Source: Clostridia bacterium
GTDB taxonomy: Bacteria > Bacillota > Clostridia > Christensenellales > UBA1242
Length of the DNA stretch: 64,000 nt
NCBI GenBank assembly: GCA_045650505.1
Contig: JAZRRE010000003.1
Location: 11,759-75,758 of the forward strand
Direction: 5' to 3'
A program made the translations under genes and the position numbers. Of the stretch, positions 9,192-19,724 are shown piece after piece. Numbering within the stretch: position 1 is the first letter of the stretch; each line of letters opens with the position of its first letter. The notes beneath the pieces are model-generated. The model made no database searches and had not been told where the DNA came from. It saw only the letters and a list, made by a program, of their open reading frames with translations.

Positions 9192-9584
9192 ATGGCACGT
9201 ATTGTTGGTGTAGATTTACCAAATGAAAAGAGAGTAGAAATCGGCCTTACATACATTTATGGTATCGGCAGAGTTACCTCTAACAAAGTTTTAAAAGATA
9301 CTGGAATTGATCCAGATACAAGAGTTAAGGATTTAACTGAAGAACAAATCGGTAAAATCCGTGAATATTTGGATAAGAATTTAACAACTGAAGGTGAACT
9401 TCGTAGAGTTGTTAATATGAACATTAAAGCTCTTCAAGAAATTAAGAGCTATCGTGGTTTGAGACACAAAGCAGGCCTTCCTGTTCGTGGTCAAAACACA
9501 AAATCAAACGCAAGAACAAGAAAAGGACCTAAAAAAGTTGGCGGTAAGAAAACAAAACAAATGCCAGCAAAAGGTAAGAAATAG
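9192..9584 (+). CDS. rpsM: 30S ribosomal protein uS13
   Basis: [26 protein letters not shown]... RBS GTGGAGG precedes ATG 9192. The ORF-track start at 9180 lies inside the RBS. Confidence 0.95.
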   Translation: MARIVGVDLPNEKRVEIGLTYIYGIGRVTSNKVLKDTGIDPDTRVKDLTEEQIGKIREYLDKNLTTEGELRRVVNMNIKALQEIKSYRGLRHKAGLPVRGQNTKSNARTRKGPKKVGGKKTKQMPAKGKK

Positions 9585-9603
9585 TTAAGGAGAAGGAAAG
9601 AAA

Positions 9604-10008
9604 ATGGCAGAAAAGAAAGTTAAAAAAGCTGCATCATCTAGAAAGCGTAAAATTACTACTAATGTTGATAAAGGTAGAGTTTATATTCAATCTTCTTTCA
9701 ACAACACTATTGTAACTGTTACTGATGCTGCAGGAAACGCACTCGCTGCTTGTTCAGCAGGTGCTCTTGGATATAAAGGTAGCAAGAAAAGCACACCTTT
9801 CGCAGCTGGTCAAGCTGCTGAAAAAGCTGCTAAAATCGCTAAAGAATATGGTCTTAAATCAGTCGAAGTTTATGTTAAAGGACCTGGCAATGGTAGAGAA
9901 TCTGCTGTAAGAAGTCTTGCAGCTGCTGACCTTGAAGTTACTATGATTAGAGATGTATCTCCAATCCCACACAATGGTTGCCGTCCACCAAAACCAAGAA
10001 GAATCTAA
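9604..10008 (+). CDS. rpsK: 30S ribosomal protein uS11
   Basis: [25 protein letters not shown]...[10 protein letters not shown]...[13 protein letters not shown] is a uS11 pattern. Confidence 0.96.
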   Translation: MAEKKVKKAASSRKRKITTNVDKGRVYIQSSFNNTIVTVTDAAGNALAACSAGALGYKGSKKSTPFAAGQAAEKAAKIAKEYGLKSVEVYVKGPGNGRESAVRSLAAADLEVTMIRDVSPIPHNGCRPPKPRRI

Positions 10009-10028
10009 TATAACCCAAGGAGAAAATA

Positions 10029-10649
10029 ATGGCAAAATATATTAATGCAGACTGCAGACTTTGCAGAAGAGAAGGTACAAAGCTTTTCCTTAAAGGTGAA
10101 AGATGTACTTCTAAAAAATGTGCTTTGGATAGACGTGCAGGTGTTCCTGGTGTGCATCCAACAACAAGAAAGAAAGCAAGTGAATATGCTATCCAACTTC
10201 GTGAAAAACAAAAAGTTAAAAGAGCTTATGGCTTATTAGAAAAACAATTTAGAGGCTACTATGAAGAAGCTGCTAGACAAAAAGGTAAAACAGGTGAAAC
10301 AATGTTAAGTTTACTTGAAAGAAGACTTGATAACGTTGTTTATAGACTTGGACTTGGTGCTAGCCGTGACCAAGCTCGTCAAATTGTTAACCACACTCAC
10401 ATTTTAGTTAACGGAAAAATGGTAAACATTCCATCATATCAAATTAAAGTTGGTGATGTTATTTCTGTTAAAGAAAAGAGTGCAAAGAGCGAACTTTTCG
10501 CTAGCGTTAAAGAAGCAAGAGTTATCGTTCCAAAGTGGCTTGAATTTGAACCATCTAAACTTACTGGTAAAGTTACTGCACTTCCAGCAAGAGAAGATAT
10601 TGACTTGACAATCGCTGAAAACCTTATCATTGAATTTTATTCTAAATAA
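10029..10649 (+). CDS. rpsD: 30S ribosomal protein uS4 (Cys4 N-terminal form)
   Basis: [23 protein letters not shown] zinc-ribbon-type N-terminus, plus an S4 RNA-binding domain ([23 protein letters not shown]). Confidence 0.95.
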   Translation: MAKYINADCRLCRREGTKLFLKGERCTSKKCALDRRAGVPGVHPTTRKKASEYAIQLREKQKVKRAYGLLEKQFRGYYEEAARQKGKTGETMLSLLERRLDNVVYRLGLGASRDQARQIVNHTHILVNGKMVNIPSYQIKVGDVISVKEKSAKSELFASVKEARVIVPKWLEFEPSKLTGKVTALPAREDIDLTIAENLIIEFYSK

Positions 10650-10671
10650 TAAATAAATTGGGGGAGCTAAT

Positions 10672-11625
10672 ATGTTAGAAATCGAAAAGCCAAGGATTGA
10701 ATGTGTTGAAGAAAAAGGTGGTTCTTATGCAAGATTTGTTGTTGAACCATTAGAAAAAGGATTTGGTGTTACAATTGGTAATGCCCTTCGTAGAATCCTT
10801 CTTTCAAGCCTTCCTGGTTCAGCTATTACTAATATCAAAATAGCTGGTGTTGATCACGAATTTATGGCACTTAAAGGTGCTAAAGAAGATGTTACTGAAG
10901 TTGTTTTAAATATGAAAGGACTTGCAGTAAAAATCGATAGTGATGACAAAAACTTTAAAAAGACCTTAAAACTTAAGGCACAAGGACCATGTGTTGTTAC
11001 TGCCGCTGATATCGCTGATGATGACGAAGTTCATATTATGAATAAAAATATGTACATCTGCACTCTTGAAAGCGACGGTGTTTTAGATATGGACATTATG
11101 GTTGGTCAAGGCAGGGGATATGTTCCTGCTGATAAAAACAAGGATATGAGCCTTCCAATTGGATACATTGCAATTGATAGTATTTATACCCCTGTAAGAA
11201 GAGCAAGCTATGTTGTTGAAAACACTCGTGTTGGTCAAAACACAGACTTTGATAAACTTACACTTGAAGTTACTACAAATGGCACTGTTTCAGCTAAAGA
11301 AGTTGTTAGCTTATCAGCTAAACTTATGAACGAATACAATGAACTTTTCATTGAACTTGTTGAAAATATGGCAAACACATCAATCTTGGTTAGCCGTGAA
11401 GAAGACAAAGTTCACAAACTCTTGGTTATGAGCGTTGAAGATATGGACCTTTCAGTTCGTTCTTACAACTGCTTAAAGAGAGCTGGTATCAATACTGTTG
11501 AAGATTTAATCAAGAAAACTGAAGATGATATGCTTAAAGTTAAAAATCTTGGTAGAAAATCACTTGATGAAGTTATTCATAAACTTGAAAGTCTTGGACT
11601 CGGTCTTAAGACTAATGAAGATTAA
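10672..11625 (+). CDS. rpoA: DNA-directed RNA polymerase subunit alpha
   Basis: N-terminal assembly domain (GFGVTIGNALRRILLSSLPG) and alpha-CTD (VRSYNCLKRAGINTVEDL). Confidence 0.97.
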   Translation: MLEIEKPRIECVEEKGGSYARFVVEPLEKGFGVTIGNALRRILLSSLPGSAITNIKIAGVDHEFMALKGAKEDVTEVVLNMKGLAVKIDSDDKNFKKTLKLKAQGPCVVTAADIADDDEVHIMNKNMYICTLESDGVLDMDIMVGQGRGYVPADKNKDMSLPIGYIAIDSIYTPVRRASYVVENTRVGQNTDFDKLTLEVTTNGTVSAKEVVSLSAKLMNEYNELFIELVENMANTSILVSREEDKVHKLLVMSVEDMDLSVRSYNCLKRAGINTVEDLIKKTEDDMLKVKNLGRKSLDEVIHKLESLGLGLKTNED

Positions 11626-11636
11626 GGAGAAAAAAT

Positions 11637-12146
11637 ATGGACACAAGAAAATTAGGAAAACCATCTGACCAAAGACTTGCACTCGTTTCAAACCTTGCAA
11701 CTGACCTTTTATGGTTTGGCCATATTGAAACAACTTTCGATAGAGCAAAGGCTGCTGCTAGAGTTGCTGAACAAATCATCACTCTTGCTGTTAATACATA
11801 TGAAGATGTTGTAACTGCTGAAAAAGTTACTCTTGACAACAATGGTAAAGAGAAGAAAGTTACAGTATCTAAAGATGGCGTTAAAAAACTTGCTGCTAGA
11901 AGAAAGATTATTGCAATGGTTCAAAACAGACAAGAACAAAGAAAGAAAGGTGAAAAACTTGCTGACTTTGAAGCTAGAACTCAAGGTATCGAAATGCCTT
12001 TAGTTGAAAAAATCTTTGATGACCTTGCTCCAAAATATGCAGAGCTTGCAAAAGAATCAGGTCGCAAAGGTGGCTACACAAGAGTTATCAAAACTTCTAT
12101 TCGTCGTGGCGATAATGCTCAAATGGCACTTGTTGAATTAATTTAA
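11637..12146 (+). CDS. rplQ: 50S ribosomal protein bL17, long form with internal insertion
   Basis: N-terminus (RKLGKPSDQRLALVSNLATDL) and C-terminus (GGYTRVIKTSIRRGDNAQMALVELI) are bL17. The middle ~45 aa are extra. Confidence 0.9.
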   Translation: MDTRKLGKPSDQRLALVSNLATDLLWFGHIETTFDRAKAAARVAEQIITLAVNTYEDVVTAEKVTLDNNGKEKKVTVSKDGVKKLAARRKIIAMVQNRQEQRKKGEKLADFEARTQGIEMPLVEKIFDDLAPKYAELAKESGRKGGYTRVIKTSIRRGDNAQMALVELI

Positions 12147-12152
12147 TTTTAT

Positions 12153-12183
12153 AAAGCAACTTGAAAATCAAGTTGCTTTTTTT
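12153..12183 (+). terminator. Rho-independent terminator of the ribosomal operon
   Basis: GCAACTTG-aaaat-CAAGTTGC followed by T7. Confidence 0.85.
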
Positions 12184-12296
12184 ATTCAAAAAATTTTGGA
12201 AATACTTGACCGTTAGTTATAAATAAGACTATACTTAAAATAGTGTTTAATAAAGGTGAAACCTTTATTAAATTAAATAAAATTAAGGAGTTTGAA

Positions 12297-15023
12297 ATGT
12301 TAAGTGTTAGAAATTTAGTTAAAACTTACAAAACAAAGAAAGCAGATACAGTTGTTGCGCTTAATAATGTTTCAATTGACTTTCCTGAAACAGGTTTAGT
12401 TTTCTTGCTTGGTAAATCAGGTTCTGGTAAATCTACACTTTTGAATGCTATTGGTGGTCTTGATACTTTTGATAGTGGTGAAATTATCATTAAAGGCAAG
12501 TCTTCAGCAGATTTTTCACAAAGTGATTTTGATAGTTATCGCAATACATTTATCGGTTTCATTTTCCAAGAATATAATATTTTGGAAAACTTTACTGTGC
12601 ATAAAAACTTGGCTCTTGCTCTTGAACTTCAAGGCAAAAAGGCAGATAATAATGAAATCAACAAATTGCTCGAACAAGTTGAAATGACACAATATGCAAA
12701 ACGCAAACCAAATCAACTTTCAGGTGGTCAAAAACAAAGAGTTGCGATTGCTCGTGCGCTTGTTAAAAATCCAGAAATTATTATGGCAGATGAACCAACC
12801 GGTGCACTTGATTCGAATACCGGAAAACAAGTTATGGATACTTTGAAACAACTTTCAAAAACAAAACTTGTAATTATTGTTTCTCACGATAGAGAATTTG
12901 CTGAAATTTACGGTGATAGAATTATTGAACTTAAAGATGGAAAAATTCTTCAAGATATCACTAAAAAAGAAATCGAAGCAAAAGAAACTGCTTCAGGTAT
13001 TAAAGTTATTGATGATAATATTCTTTATATCAAAAAAGGTCATCAAATGACTGAAGGTGATATCAAAGCAATCACAAAAGTTATCACTGAAAATGCAAAA
13101 AATAATGACACTTTCATTTCGTTTGATAAGGAAGCAAATGACAAACTTAAAGAAGGTGCAAAAATCAATGATTCAGGCAACAAAGAAGCCTTCCTTACAA
13201 CTGAAAAAGAAGACATCAAGGTTAAACAATATAACCCTAACAGTTTGCAACTTATTAAGTCAAGACTTAAATTTATTGACTCATTAAAAATGGGTGCAAG
13301 TGCACTTAAAAATAAAGTTGGTAAACTTATTTTCACAATCATTCTTTCATTGTTTGCTTTTACTGTGTTTGGTATTGTTGACGCACTTTCTTGTTGGAAC
13401 AGAGCAGATTCTGTTTATCAAGCAATGCAAATGACAAACCAAACAAATATTGCTATGAGAAAGGGTGTGAAAAAAGATTCTTGGATTGATAATCAAGCAA
13501 CATTGCTTTCAGATATAGAAAATCTTCAAAAAGAGTTCCCTAAACACATAATTAAAGGTGTTGTTAAAGGAAACTATTATGAGCCAAACATTACAATTAA
13601 AGAAATTTCTTTAAAAAATAATAACAATCCTTTATATCAAACAATTGCTGGTGGTTATGCTTATCTCACAAAAGCAGAACTTGACACTATGAAAGTTTCT
13701 CTTGAAGGAAGAGTTCCTGCAACAGAGGGTGAAGTTTGTATTTCAAAGCATACATTTGAAGCGATGATTAAGAGAACTGCTGAAAATGAAGGTGATAAAA
13801 AGATTACAAGTTTCTCACAATTTACTGATGAAAAACCATTAATGATAAACATTGAAGGTTTTGTTGATGGTGGTCATGAATCATATGTTCGTGTTGTTGG
13901 TGTCTTTGATGACAAGACAAATCTTGATACATATAAAGCAAAAACAGATGAAGAACTTATGGAAAAGGGCTATCAAATTAGTGATGCTTTAAATTACAGT
14001 TGGGCAAGACTTGTTATTGTTAATGAAACCAAATATGATGAATTATCAAACAAAGGTTCTAGCATTGATTATGCAATGGATTATGGTCAAGGCAAAAATA
14101 ATGGTTATTACACATTAAGTGGCAGCAATTATTATGATATTAATGAATTTATTACAAATAGATATTATGGAGATGAGCAAGAAAAGGTAGAAGATTTCAT
14201 TAATCATTATCAAGTAGTAATGAAATCAGGAAAGACAATTGCAAATCTTGCTGATGATGAAATTATTGTTTATGCTTATTCATTAGAAAATTATTATTCT
14301 GATTTAGATGCTGCACTTGAAGAAGGTATTACTTTAAAATTAAAACCTGATATGTATGATGATGCTGTTGTTAAAGAGTTTAAAGTTGTTGGTTATCATA
14401 CTAATGGTTCTGGTTGCTTTGTTAATGCAAAAGCAAAAGAAGGACTTGACCCACTTTTTGCTGGTTGTGAATTTATGATTTCAGCGCTTATTGATGACGA
14501 GACTGAAGATAAGAGATTTATTACCAGACTTGAAACATTAGATGAAAACAATGTTAAATTCTCAATTCAAAACACAACAACATCAATGCTTGATATGCTT
14601 GAAGATATTTTATATATGATGACAGATATCTTCTTCTATGTTGCTATTGGATTTGCTGTGTTTGCTGCGCTTATGCTTATGAACTTTATTTCAACCTCAA
14701 TTTCTTACAAAAAGAGAGAAATTGGTGTGCTTCGTGCACTTGGTGCAAGGGGAAGTGATATCTTTGGAATCTTCTTCAATGAAAGTATGATTATTGCTCT
14801 TATTAACTTTGTGCTTGCAACAATTGCAACATTTGTTGGTTGCTACTTTATCAATGCAGCAATTCTTTCTGAATTACAACTTGATATTGTGCTTTTGAAT
14901 GTAAGCATTAGACAAATGATACTTATTCTTGCTGTTTCTTCAGGTTCTGCATTTATTGGAAGTTTCCTTCCTACATTCAAAATTTCAAGAAAGAAACCTA
15001 TTGATGCAATTAATAACAGATAA
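12297..15023 (+). CDS. ABC transporter, fused ATP-binding and MacB/FtsX-type permease
   Basis: Walker A GKSGSGKST, signature LSGGQKQR and Walker B IIMADEPT. Then one TM, a large extracytoplasmic domain and a C-terminal FtsX-like 3-TM bundle. ATG 12297 follows AAGGAG, and the track start at 12243 is unlikely. Confidence 0.85.
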   Translation: MLSVRNLVKTYKTKKADTVVALNNVSIDFPETGLVFLLGKSGSGKSTLLNAIGGLDTFDSGEIIIKGKSSADFSQSDFDSYRNTFIGFIFQEYNILENFTVHKNLALALELQGKKADNNEINKLLEQVEMTQYAKRKPNQLSGGQKQRVAIARALVKNPEIIMADEPTGALDSNTGKQVMDTLKQLSKTKLVIIVSHDREFAEIYGDRIIELKDGKILQDITKKEIEAKETASGIKVIDDNILYIKKGHQMTEGDIKAITKVITENAKNNDTFISFDKEANDKLKEGAKINDSGNKEAFLTTEKEDIKVKQYNPNSLQLIKSRLKFIDSLKMGASALKNKVGKLIFTIILSLFAFTVFGIVDALSCWNRADSVYQAMQMTNQTNIAMRKGVKKDSWIDNQATLLSDIENLQKEFPKHIIKGVVKGNYYEPNITIKEISLKNNNNPLYQTIAGGYAYLTKAELDTMKVSLEGRVPATEGEVCISKHTFEAMIKRTAENEGDKKITSFSQFTDEKPLMINIEGFVDGGHESYVRVVGVFDDKTNLDTYKAKTDEELMEKGYQISDALNYSWARLVIVNETKYDELSNKGSSIDYAMDYGQGKNNGYYTLSGSNYYDINEFITNRYYGDEQEKVEDFINHYQVVMKSGKTIANLADDEIIVYAYSLENYYSDLDAALEEGITLKLKPDMYDDAVVKEFKVVGYHTNGSGCFVNAKAKEGLDPLFAGCEFMISALIDDETEDKRFITRLETLDENNVKFSIQNTTTSMLDMLEDILYMMTDIFFYVAIGFAVFAALMLMNFISTSISYKKREIGVLRALGARGSDIFGIFFNESMIIALINFVLATIATFVGCYFINAAILSELQLDIVLLNVSIRQMILILAVSSGSAFIGSFLPTFKISRKKPIDAINNR

Positions 15024-15034
15024 AATAAACAAAA

Positions 15035-15067
15035 TAAAAATAGGAAGATTTTTCTTCCTATTTTTTT
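15035..15067. terminator. Bidirectional terminator between the ABC gene and mgtE
   Basis: A-run, then TAGGAAG-attttt-CTTCCTA, then T7. Confidence 0.75.
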
Positions 15068-15084
15068 ATGTTTAAAATTTAAAA

Positions 15085-16773
15085 TTAAAGCAATGTGATT
15101 GAGAATAAGCAGAAGATTAAAAGCGAAATCACATCGACAATGGTTGTGATGAATGGGTTTGCAACAACTGCTGGGTCAAGTTTGATTTTCTTTGCTAAAA
15201 GCGGCAAAATTGCCCCCACAAGTTTGGCAATACATATAGTTGCAAATAGTGATAATGAAACCACAAATGAGATTTTAAAGGTATAATCATAGCCAAAAAT
15301 CAAGTTGTCAATAAGCATAAGCTTTCCAAAGCAAGCTACTGCTAAAACAAATGCAACAATCACTGCAACGCGAATTTCTTTCCAAATAACTTTCAGAACA
15401 TCTTTCAGTTCAACTTCTCCTGTTGCAAGTGACTGAATTATGGTTACTGATGCTTGGCTTCCAGAGTTTCCACCGGTTCCCATAAGCATTGGAACACAGG
15501 CAAAAAGAAGGGGAGAAAGGCTGTTTAATGTGCTTTCATAAACGTTGATAATAATACCTGTAAATGTGGCCGAAATGAGCAAAATTAAGAGCCAAGGCAA
15601 ACGGTTTTTGAAAATAGAGAACACATTTGTTTGAAGATATGGTTTTGTGGTTGGTGCGATACCGGCCATTTTGCTGATATCTTCTTGGCTTTCTTCTTGA
15701 ATAATGTCGATAGCATCGTCAATAGTAACGATACCGGTGATTCTATTTTCATTGTCAACAACAGGAACTGCAAGAAGGTCGTATTTTTGAAGCATATTAG
15801 AAACTTCTTCTCTGTCTGTGCTTGTATGGGCATAAATGACATTTTCTTGCATAAAATCACCAATTTTATCGTTTGGCTTGTGCAAAATTATGTCTTTTGC
15901 AGAAACGGTTCCAAGAAGGCGTTTTTTGTCATCTGTAACATAACAAGTATAGATTGTTTCTTTGTCAATTGCTTGTTTTCTCATTTTCTTGAGTGCTTCT
16001 GAAACAGTCATTTTTGTTCGAAGTGTAACGAACTCTGTTGTCATAATGCTTCCAGCGCTATCTTTAGGGAAACCTAAAATTTTATTTAATGTTGCTCTTG
16101 TTTCAGGATTTGAAAGCTTTAAAAGTCTAATTACGACATTTGAAGGCATTTCTTCAATAATATCAACAGTATCATCGACAAAAAGCTCATTAATAATGTT
16201 AGAAACTTCGGCATCAGTGAATGTGTTGATAAGCATTTTTTGTCTATCTACGTTCATATCGACAAAAACTTCACTAGCAAGGTCTTTTGGAAGAAGTCTG
16301 AAAATAACTACAACTTTTTCTTTATCGATATCGTTCATAATGTCTGCAATATCAGCTGGTTCCATTTCTGCAAGAAGTGGTTTTAATGATGAAAACTTTT
16401 TGTTTTCAATGTTATCAATAATCTCAAGAAGTTTTTCGTGGCGAGTGTCAGCTTCAGCTTTTAAAAGAATTTCATTAAGCACTTTTTGGTTGACATCATT
16501 TTCAACATCACTGTCTAAAAGCTCTTCTGAAATTTCTTTAAATTCAAAGCCACTGATGTTATCAATTAAATATTGTTGAAGGTCTGTTTTAAATTTAACG
16601 AAAACTCTTGCAGAAACTTCTTCTGGAAGTTTAGGGAGAATTTTAACAAGTTCATCGCGTTCAATTCTTGAAAGGGCACGAGCGAGGTCGGTTGTTGTTA
16701 TTTTTTCAACCATTTCGTTGAGCTCATCAAACTTTTCTTCGTTAAATAATTCCTCAATTCTATTGTTTAACAT
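15085..16773 (-). CDS. mgtE: Magnesium transporter MgtE (562 aa, extended N-terminus)
   Basis: MgtE_N-like repeats, a CBS pair and a C-terminal TM domain with GTGGNSGSQ. Preceded by an M-box leader. Confidence 0.92.
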   Translation of the reverse strand: MLNNRIEELFNEEKFDELNEMVEKITTTDLARALSRIERDELVKILPKLPEEVSARVFVKFKTDLQQYLIDNISGFEFKEISEELLDSDVENDVNQKVLNEILLKAEADTRHEKLLEIIDNIENKKFSSLKPLLAEMEPADIADIMNDIDKEKVVVIFRLLPKDLASEVFVDMNVDRQKMLINTFTDAEVSNIINELFVDDTVDIIEEMPSNVVIRLLKLSNPETRATLNKILGFPKDSAGSIMTTEFVTLRTKMTVSEALKKMRKQAIDKETIYTCYVTDDKKRLLGTVSAKDIILHKPNDKIGDFMQENVIYAHTSTDREEVSNMLQKYDLLAVPVVDNENRITGIVTIDDAIDIIQEESQEDISKMAGIAPTTKPYLQTNVFSIFKNRLPWLLILLISATFTGIIINVYESTLNSLSPLLFACVPMLMGTGGNSGSQASVTIIQSLATGEVELKDVLKVIWKEIRVAVIVAFVLAVACFGKLMLIDNLIFGYDYTFKISFVVSLSLFATICIAKLVGAILPLLAKKIKLDPAVVANPFITTIVDVISLLIFCLFSITLL

Positions 16774-16786
16774 AGCTTTTCTCCAA

Positions 16787-16820
16787 TAAAAAAATCCCGC
16801 AATAATTAAAGCGGGAATTT
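16787..16820 (-). terminator. Intrinsic terminator, the expression platform of the M-box leader
   Basis: The minus strand reads AAAATTCCCGC-tttaattatt-GCGGGATTTTTTT immediately upstream of the mgtE RBS. Confidence 0.8.
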
Positions 16821-16825
16821 TAAAA

Positions 16826-16992
16826 GTATATCGACTTTTGAATACCCGTTCAAGCTTTAGCTCCGCAGGGCAGTGGCATTGCGTTAAATTTCCCCTTGAA
16901 AATGTTGTCGAGAAAATTTGTTAACCTGCAAACAAAAGTCTCCTTTTGAGAGCGGCAGCAACCCGTATCCCTGTGGTAGCCTTACCTACCGA
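16826..16992 (-). promoter_or_regulatory. M-box (ykoK-type) magnesium riboswitch
   Basis: The minus strand contains GGTAGGTAAGGCTACCACAGGGATACGGGTTGCTGCC...GCTAAAGCT. This matches the conserved M-box core as I remember it from the B. subtilis mgtE leader. It sits upstream of mgtE. Confidence 0.85.
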
Positions 16993-17008
16993 TTTATCAT
17001 ACAATTTG

Positions 17009-17038
17009 ATTATACAACTATAACTTAACTAATGTCAA
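17009..17038 (-). promoter_or_regulatory. Promoter of the M-box/mgtE unit
   Basis: Minus strand: TTGACA (17038-17033), 18-nt spacer, TATAAT (17014-17009). Confidence 0.6.
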
Positions 17039-17340
17039 TAGTTTAACAAAATTCTTGTTATATTTTATTCATAATTAAATTTTTATGAAACAGAATAAAT
17101 TTTGCATATAATCATTAATTTTAAGAAATTAAAATTATGCTTAAATTGTATAATTGAAAAATGGAAACGCTAAAAAATACATTTTTATGTAAAGTTTTAA
17201 AATAATTTCAAAATCTAAATTTTGCAAAAATTTTAGTTGAAATTTATAAAAGTTATAAAAAAGATAATTTTATAAATTATTCATTTGTTTGTGTTTTTGA
17301 TTTTATTCAGTTATAATAAGCACAGAAGGTGGAGATTTTT

Positions 17341-19653
17341 ATGAATTTTATTGAAACAATTTACAGCAAAATTTTACTTATGAGAAAGAATAAATTTAGT
17401 TTCCATGATGTTGCAAAAGCAACAGGGCTCACTTATGGTTTTGATAAGCGAACCCTAATTGACACTCTTGAAACACTTGTTAAACAAGAGAAACTTGGCA
17501 AACTTAAAAATGGTGATTATGTTGTTCTTAAAAAATCTCAAACAATTAAATGCACAATTTTAGGCACCAGCAAAGACTATGCTTTTGCAAGACCATTCAC
17601 AGGTGAAAAAGATAAAGACATTTTTATTGCTGAAGCAAATCTTAATGATGCGTGTCATGGTGACACAGTTCTCGTTGAAGTTGGAATTTCAGGTAAAGAT
17701 AGAAATTATAAACGCAATTTGCCACTTGTTGCAAAAGGAAAACAAGAAGGCAGGGTTGTTAAAATTTTAGAACGTGGATTTCAAGTGGTTGTGGGCATTA
17801 TGTCGATAAACGAAAGGGGAATCGCAACAGTTATTCCTGATGATAGGCGTTTTGCAGATTCGGTTTTTGTGTCTAGTGAAGACGTTAATGGTGCAGCAAA
17901 CAACACAAAGGTTGTGCTTGACATTCTTGATTATCCATCAAACATCAAAATGGCAAGAGGTCGCGTTCGTGAAATTTTAGGTGACCCAAATGATGCAAGA
18001 GTGACCACTCTTTCAATTATTCGCTCATTCAACTTGATTGAAGAGTTTCCTGATGATGTTGTTGCTGAAGCAGACAAGGTTTCGATTCCGGTTTCAAAAG
18101 AAGACCAAAAGGGCAGAAAAGATTATCGTGACAAACTTATCATCACAATTGATGGTGATGATGCGCGTGACTTTGATGACGCGATTTCTCTTGAAAAAGA
18201 TGGTGAAAATTATAAACTTGGCGTTTATATTGCCGATGTTTCGCACTATGTTCGAGGGGGTTCTAAAATTGACCAAGAAGCGTTCAAAAGAGCAACTTCT
18301 GTATATTTTCCTGACCATGTTCTTCCAATGCTTCCGGTTTCACTCTCAAACGGAATCTGCTCACTCAACCCAAAAGAAGACAGATTCACAATGGCTGTTG
18401 AAATGCTAATCAGCCCTGCAGGAAAAGTGCTTGACTATGAAATCCATAAAGGCATTATGCAGTCAAGTTATCGTATGACATACACAAAAGTTACCAAAAT
18501 TTTAAACGGTGATAAGAAACTTTGTGAAGAATATAAAGAAATTGTGCCAATGCTTGGGCTTATGGCAGAACTTGCCAAAATCTTGATTACAAGAAGAGAT
18601 AATGCAGGAAACCTTGATTTTGACATTCCAGCACCAGAAATTCATTTGAACGAAGATGGAACTGTTAAAGAAATCATTAGAAAGCCTCGTGATATTTCTG
18701 ACAGAGTTATTGAGCAGTTTATGGTGCTTACAAATGAAGTGGTTGCACGCCACTTTGATAAAATGAAAGTTCCTTTTGTTTATCGTATTCACGAAACACC
18801 AACAAGTGAAAAAGTTCAAAAATTCAGGGCTTTTGCAGGCAGTTTGGGGCTTCGTTTCCAAACAACAGGAACAGAGGCAAGCCCAAAAGATTTCCAAACA
18901 CTTTTGAAACTTTCAAAGGGTCAAGATTATTCAACTGCGCTTTCAAAAGTTATGCTTCGAAGTATGCAAAAGGCAAGATATGAAGTTCAAAACCTTGGTC
19001 ACTTTGGTTTGGCACTCAAAGATTATTGCCATTTCACTTCTCCGATTAGAAGATATCCTGACCTTACAATTCACAGAATTATGACTGAAATTTTAGAAGG
19101 CAGATTTGATAAGAAAAAGTATGAATTTTTCGAAGAATTTGCTGTTCAATCAGCAGAGCGTTCAAGCACAATGGAGCGACAAGCTGAAGAAGCAGAACGT
19201 GCGGTTGATGCTCAAAAGATGACCGAATATATGCAAACCAAAATTGGTGAAACATTTGAAGGCATCATTTCAGGCGTAACACAAAATGGCTTCTTTGTTG
19301 AACTTGAAAACACCATTGAAGGTTTTGTTTCAGTTTTAAGACTTCCAAAAGGTCATTATGATTATAACGAAAATAATTATAGTTTGAGCGGGCTTGGAAA
19401 AGTTTATCGCATTGGTGATAAAATTGAAATTCGCGTTGTTTCAACTGATATCGTGCTTCGCAGAATTGATTTCGAACTTGCAGACTTCCATAGAGAAGTT
19501 AGTGAAGATGAGTTTAATCACTTCAATGAAGACAGGAGAGATGAGAGAAATAATGACAGAAAAGGTTCTTCTAGAAGAAATGATAGAGATGACCAAAGGG
19601 GCAAAGAAAGAAAAGGCTCAACAAAAGGCAGGGGCAGAGGTTCAAGAAGATAA
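17341..19653 (+). CDS. rnr: Ribonuclease R
   Basis: RNB catalytic motif ITIDGDDARDFDDAISL, a C-terminal S1 domain and an R/G/K/D-rich basic tail. ATG 17341 follows AAGGTGGAG. Confidence 0.93.
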   Translation: MNFIETIYSKILLMRKNKFSFHDVAKATGLTYGFDKRTLIDTLETLVKQEKLGKLKNGDYVVLKKSQTIKCTILGTSKDYAFARPFTGEKDKDIFIAEANLNDACHGDTVLVEVGISGKDRNYKRNLPLVAKGKQEGRVVKILERGFQVVVGIMSINERGIATVIPDDRRFADSVFVSSEDVNGAANNTKVVLDILDYPSNIKMARGRVREILGDPNDARVTTLSIIRSFNLIEEFPDDVVAEADKVSIPVSKEDQKGRKDYRDKLIITIDGDDARDFDDAISLEKDGENYKLGVYIADVSHYVRGGSKIDQEAFKRATSVYFPDHVLPMLPVSLSNGICSLNPKEDRFTMAVEMLISPAGKVLDYEIHKGIMQSSYRMTYTKVTKILNGDKKLCEEYKEIVPMLGLMAELAKILITRRDNAGNLDFDIPAPEIHLNEDGTVKEIIRKPRDISDRVIEQFMVLTNEVVARHFDKMKVPFVYRIHETPTSEKVQKFRAFAGSLGLRFQTTGTEASPKDFQTLLKLSKGQDYSTALSKVMLRSMQKARYEVQNLGHFGLALKDYCHFTSPIRRYPDLTIHRIMTEILEGRFDKKKYEFFEEFAVQSAERSSTMERQAEEAERAVDAQKMTEYMQTKIGETFEGIISGVTQNGFFVELENTIEGFVSVLRLPKGHYDYNENNYSLSGLGKVYRIGDKIEIRVVSTDIVLRRIDFELADFHREVSEDEFNHFNEDRRDERNNDRKGSSRRNDRDDQRGKERKGSTKGRGRGSRR

Positions 19654-19693
19654 TTTTTGAAATCTGTTCATAAAAATCGAAAAAATTATGCAC

Positions 19694-19724
19694 AAAAAAA
19701 CAGGTGAAATTCACCTGTTTTTTA
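19694..19724. terminator. Bidirectional terminator (rnr and the convergent orphan gene)
   Basis: A7, then CAGGTGA-aat-TCACCTG, then T6. Confidence 0.85.

Noticed and set aside
12243-12296. Upstream start (12243) for the ABC transporter and similar track-derived extended starts (17329 rnr, 46051 rluA-like, 48831 ung, 52282 acpP, 52738, 56555 greA, 57166 holB, 60253)
   Set aside because: In each case a downstream ATG is preceded by a good Shine-Dalgarno sequence and gives the canonical family N-terminus. The upstream extensions overlap preceding genes, terminators or promoters.
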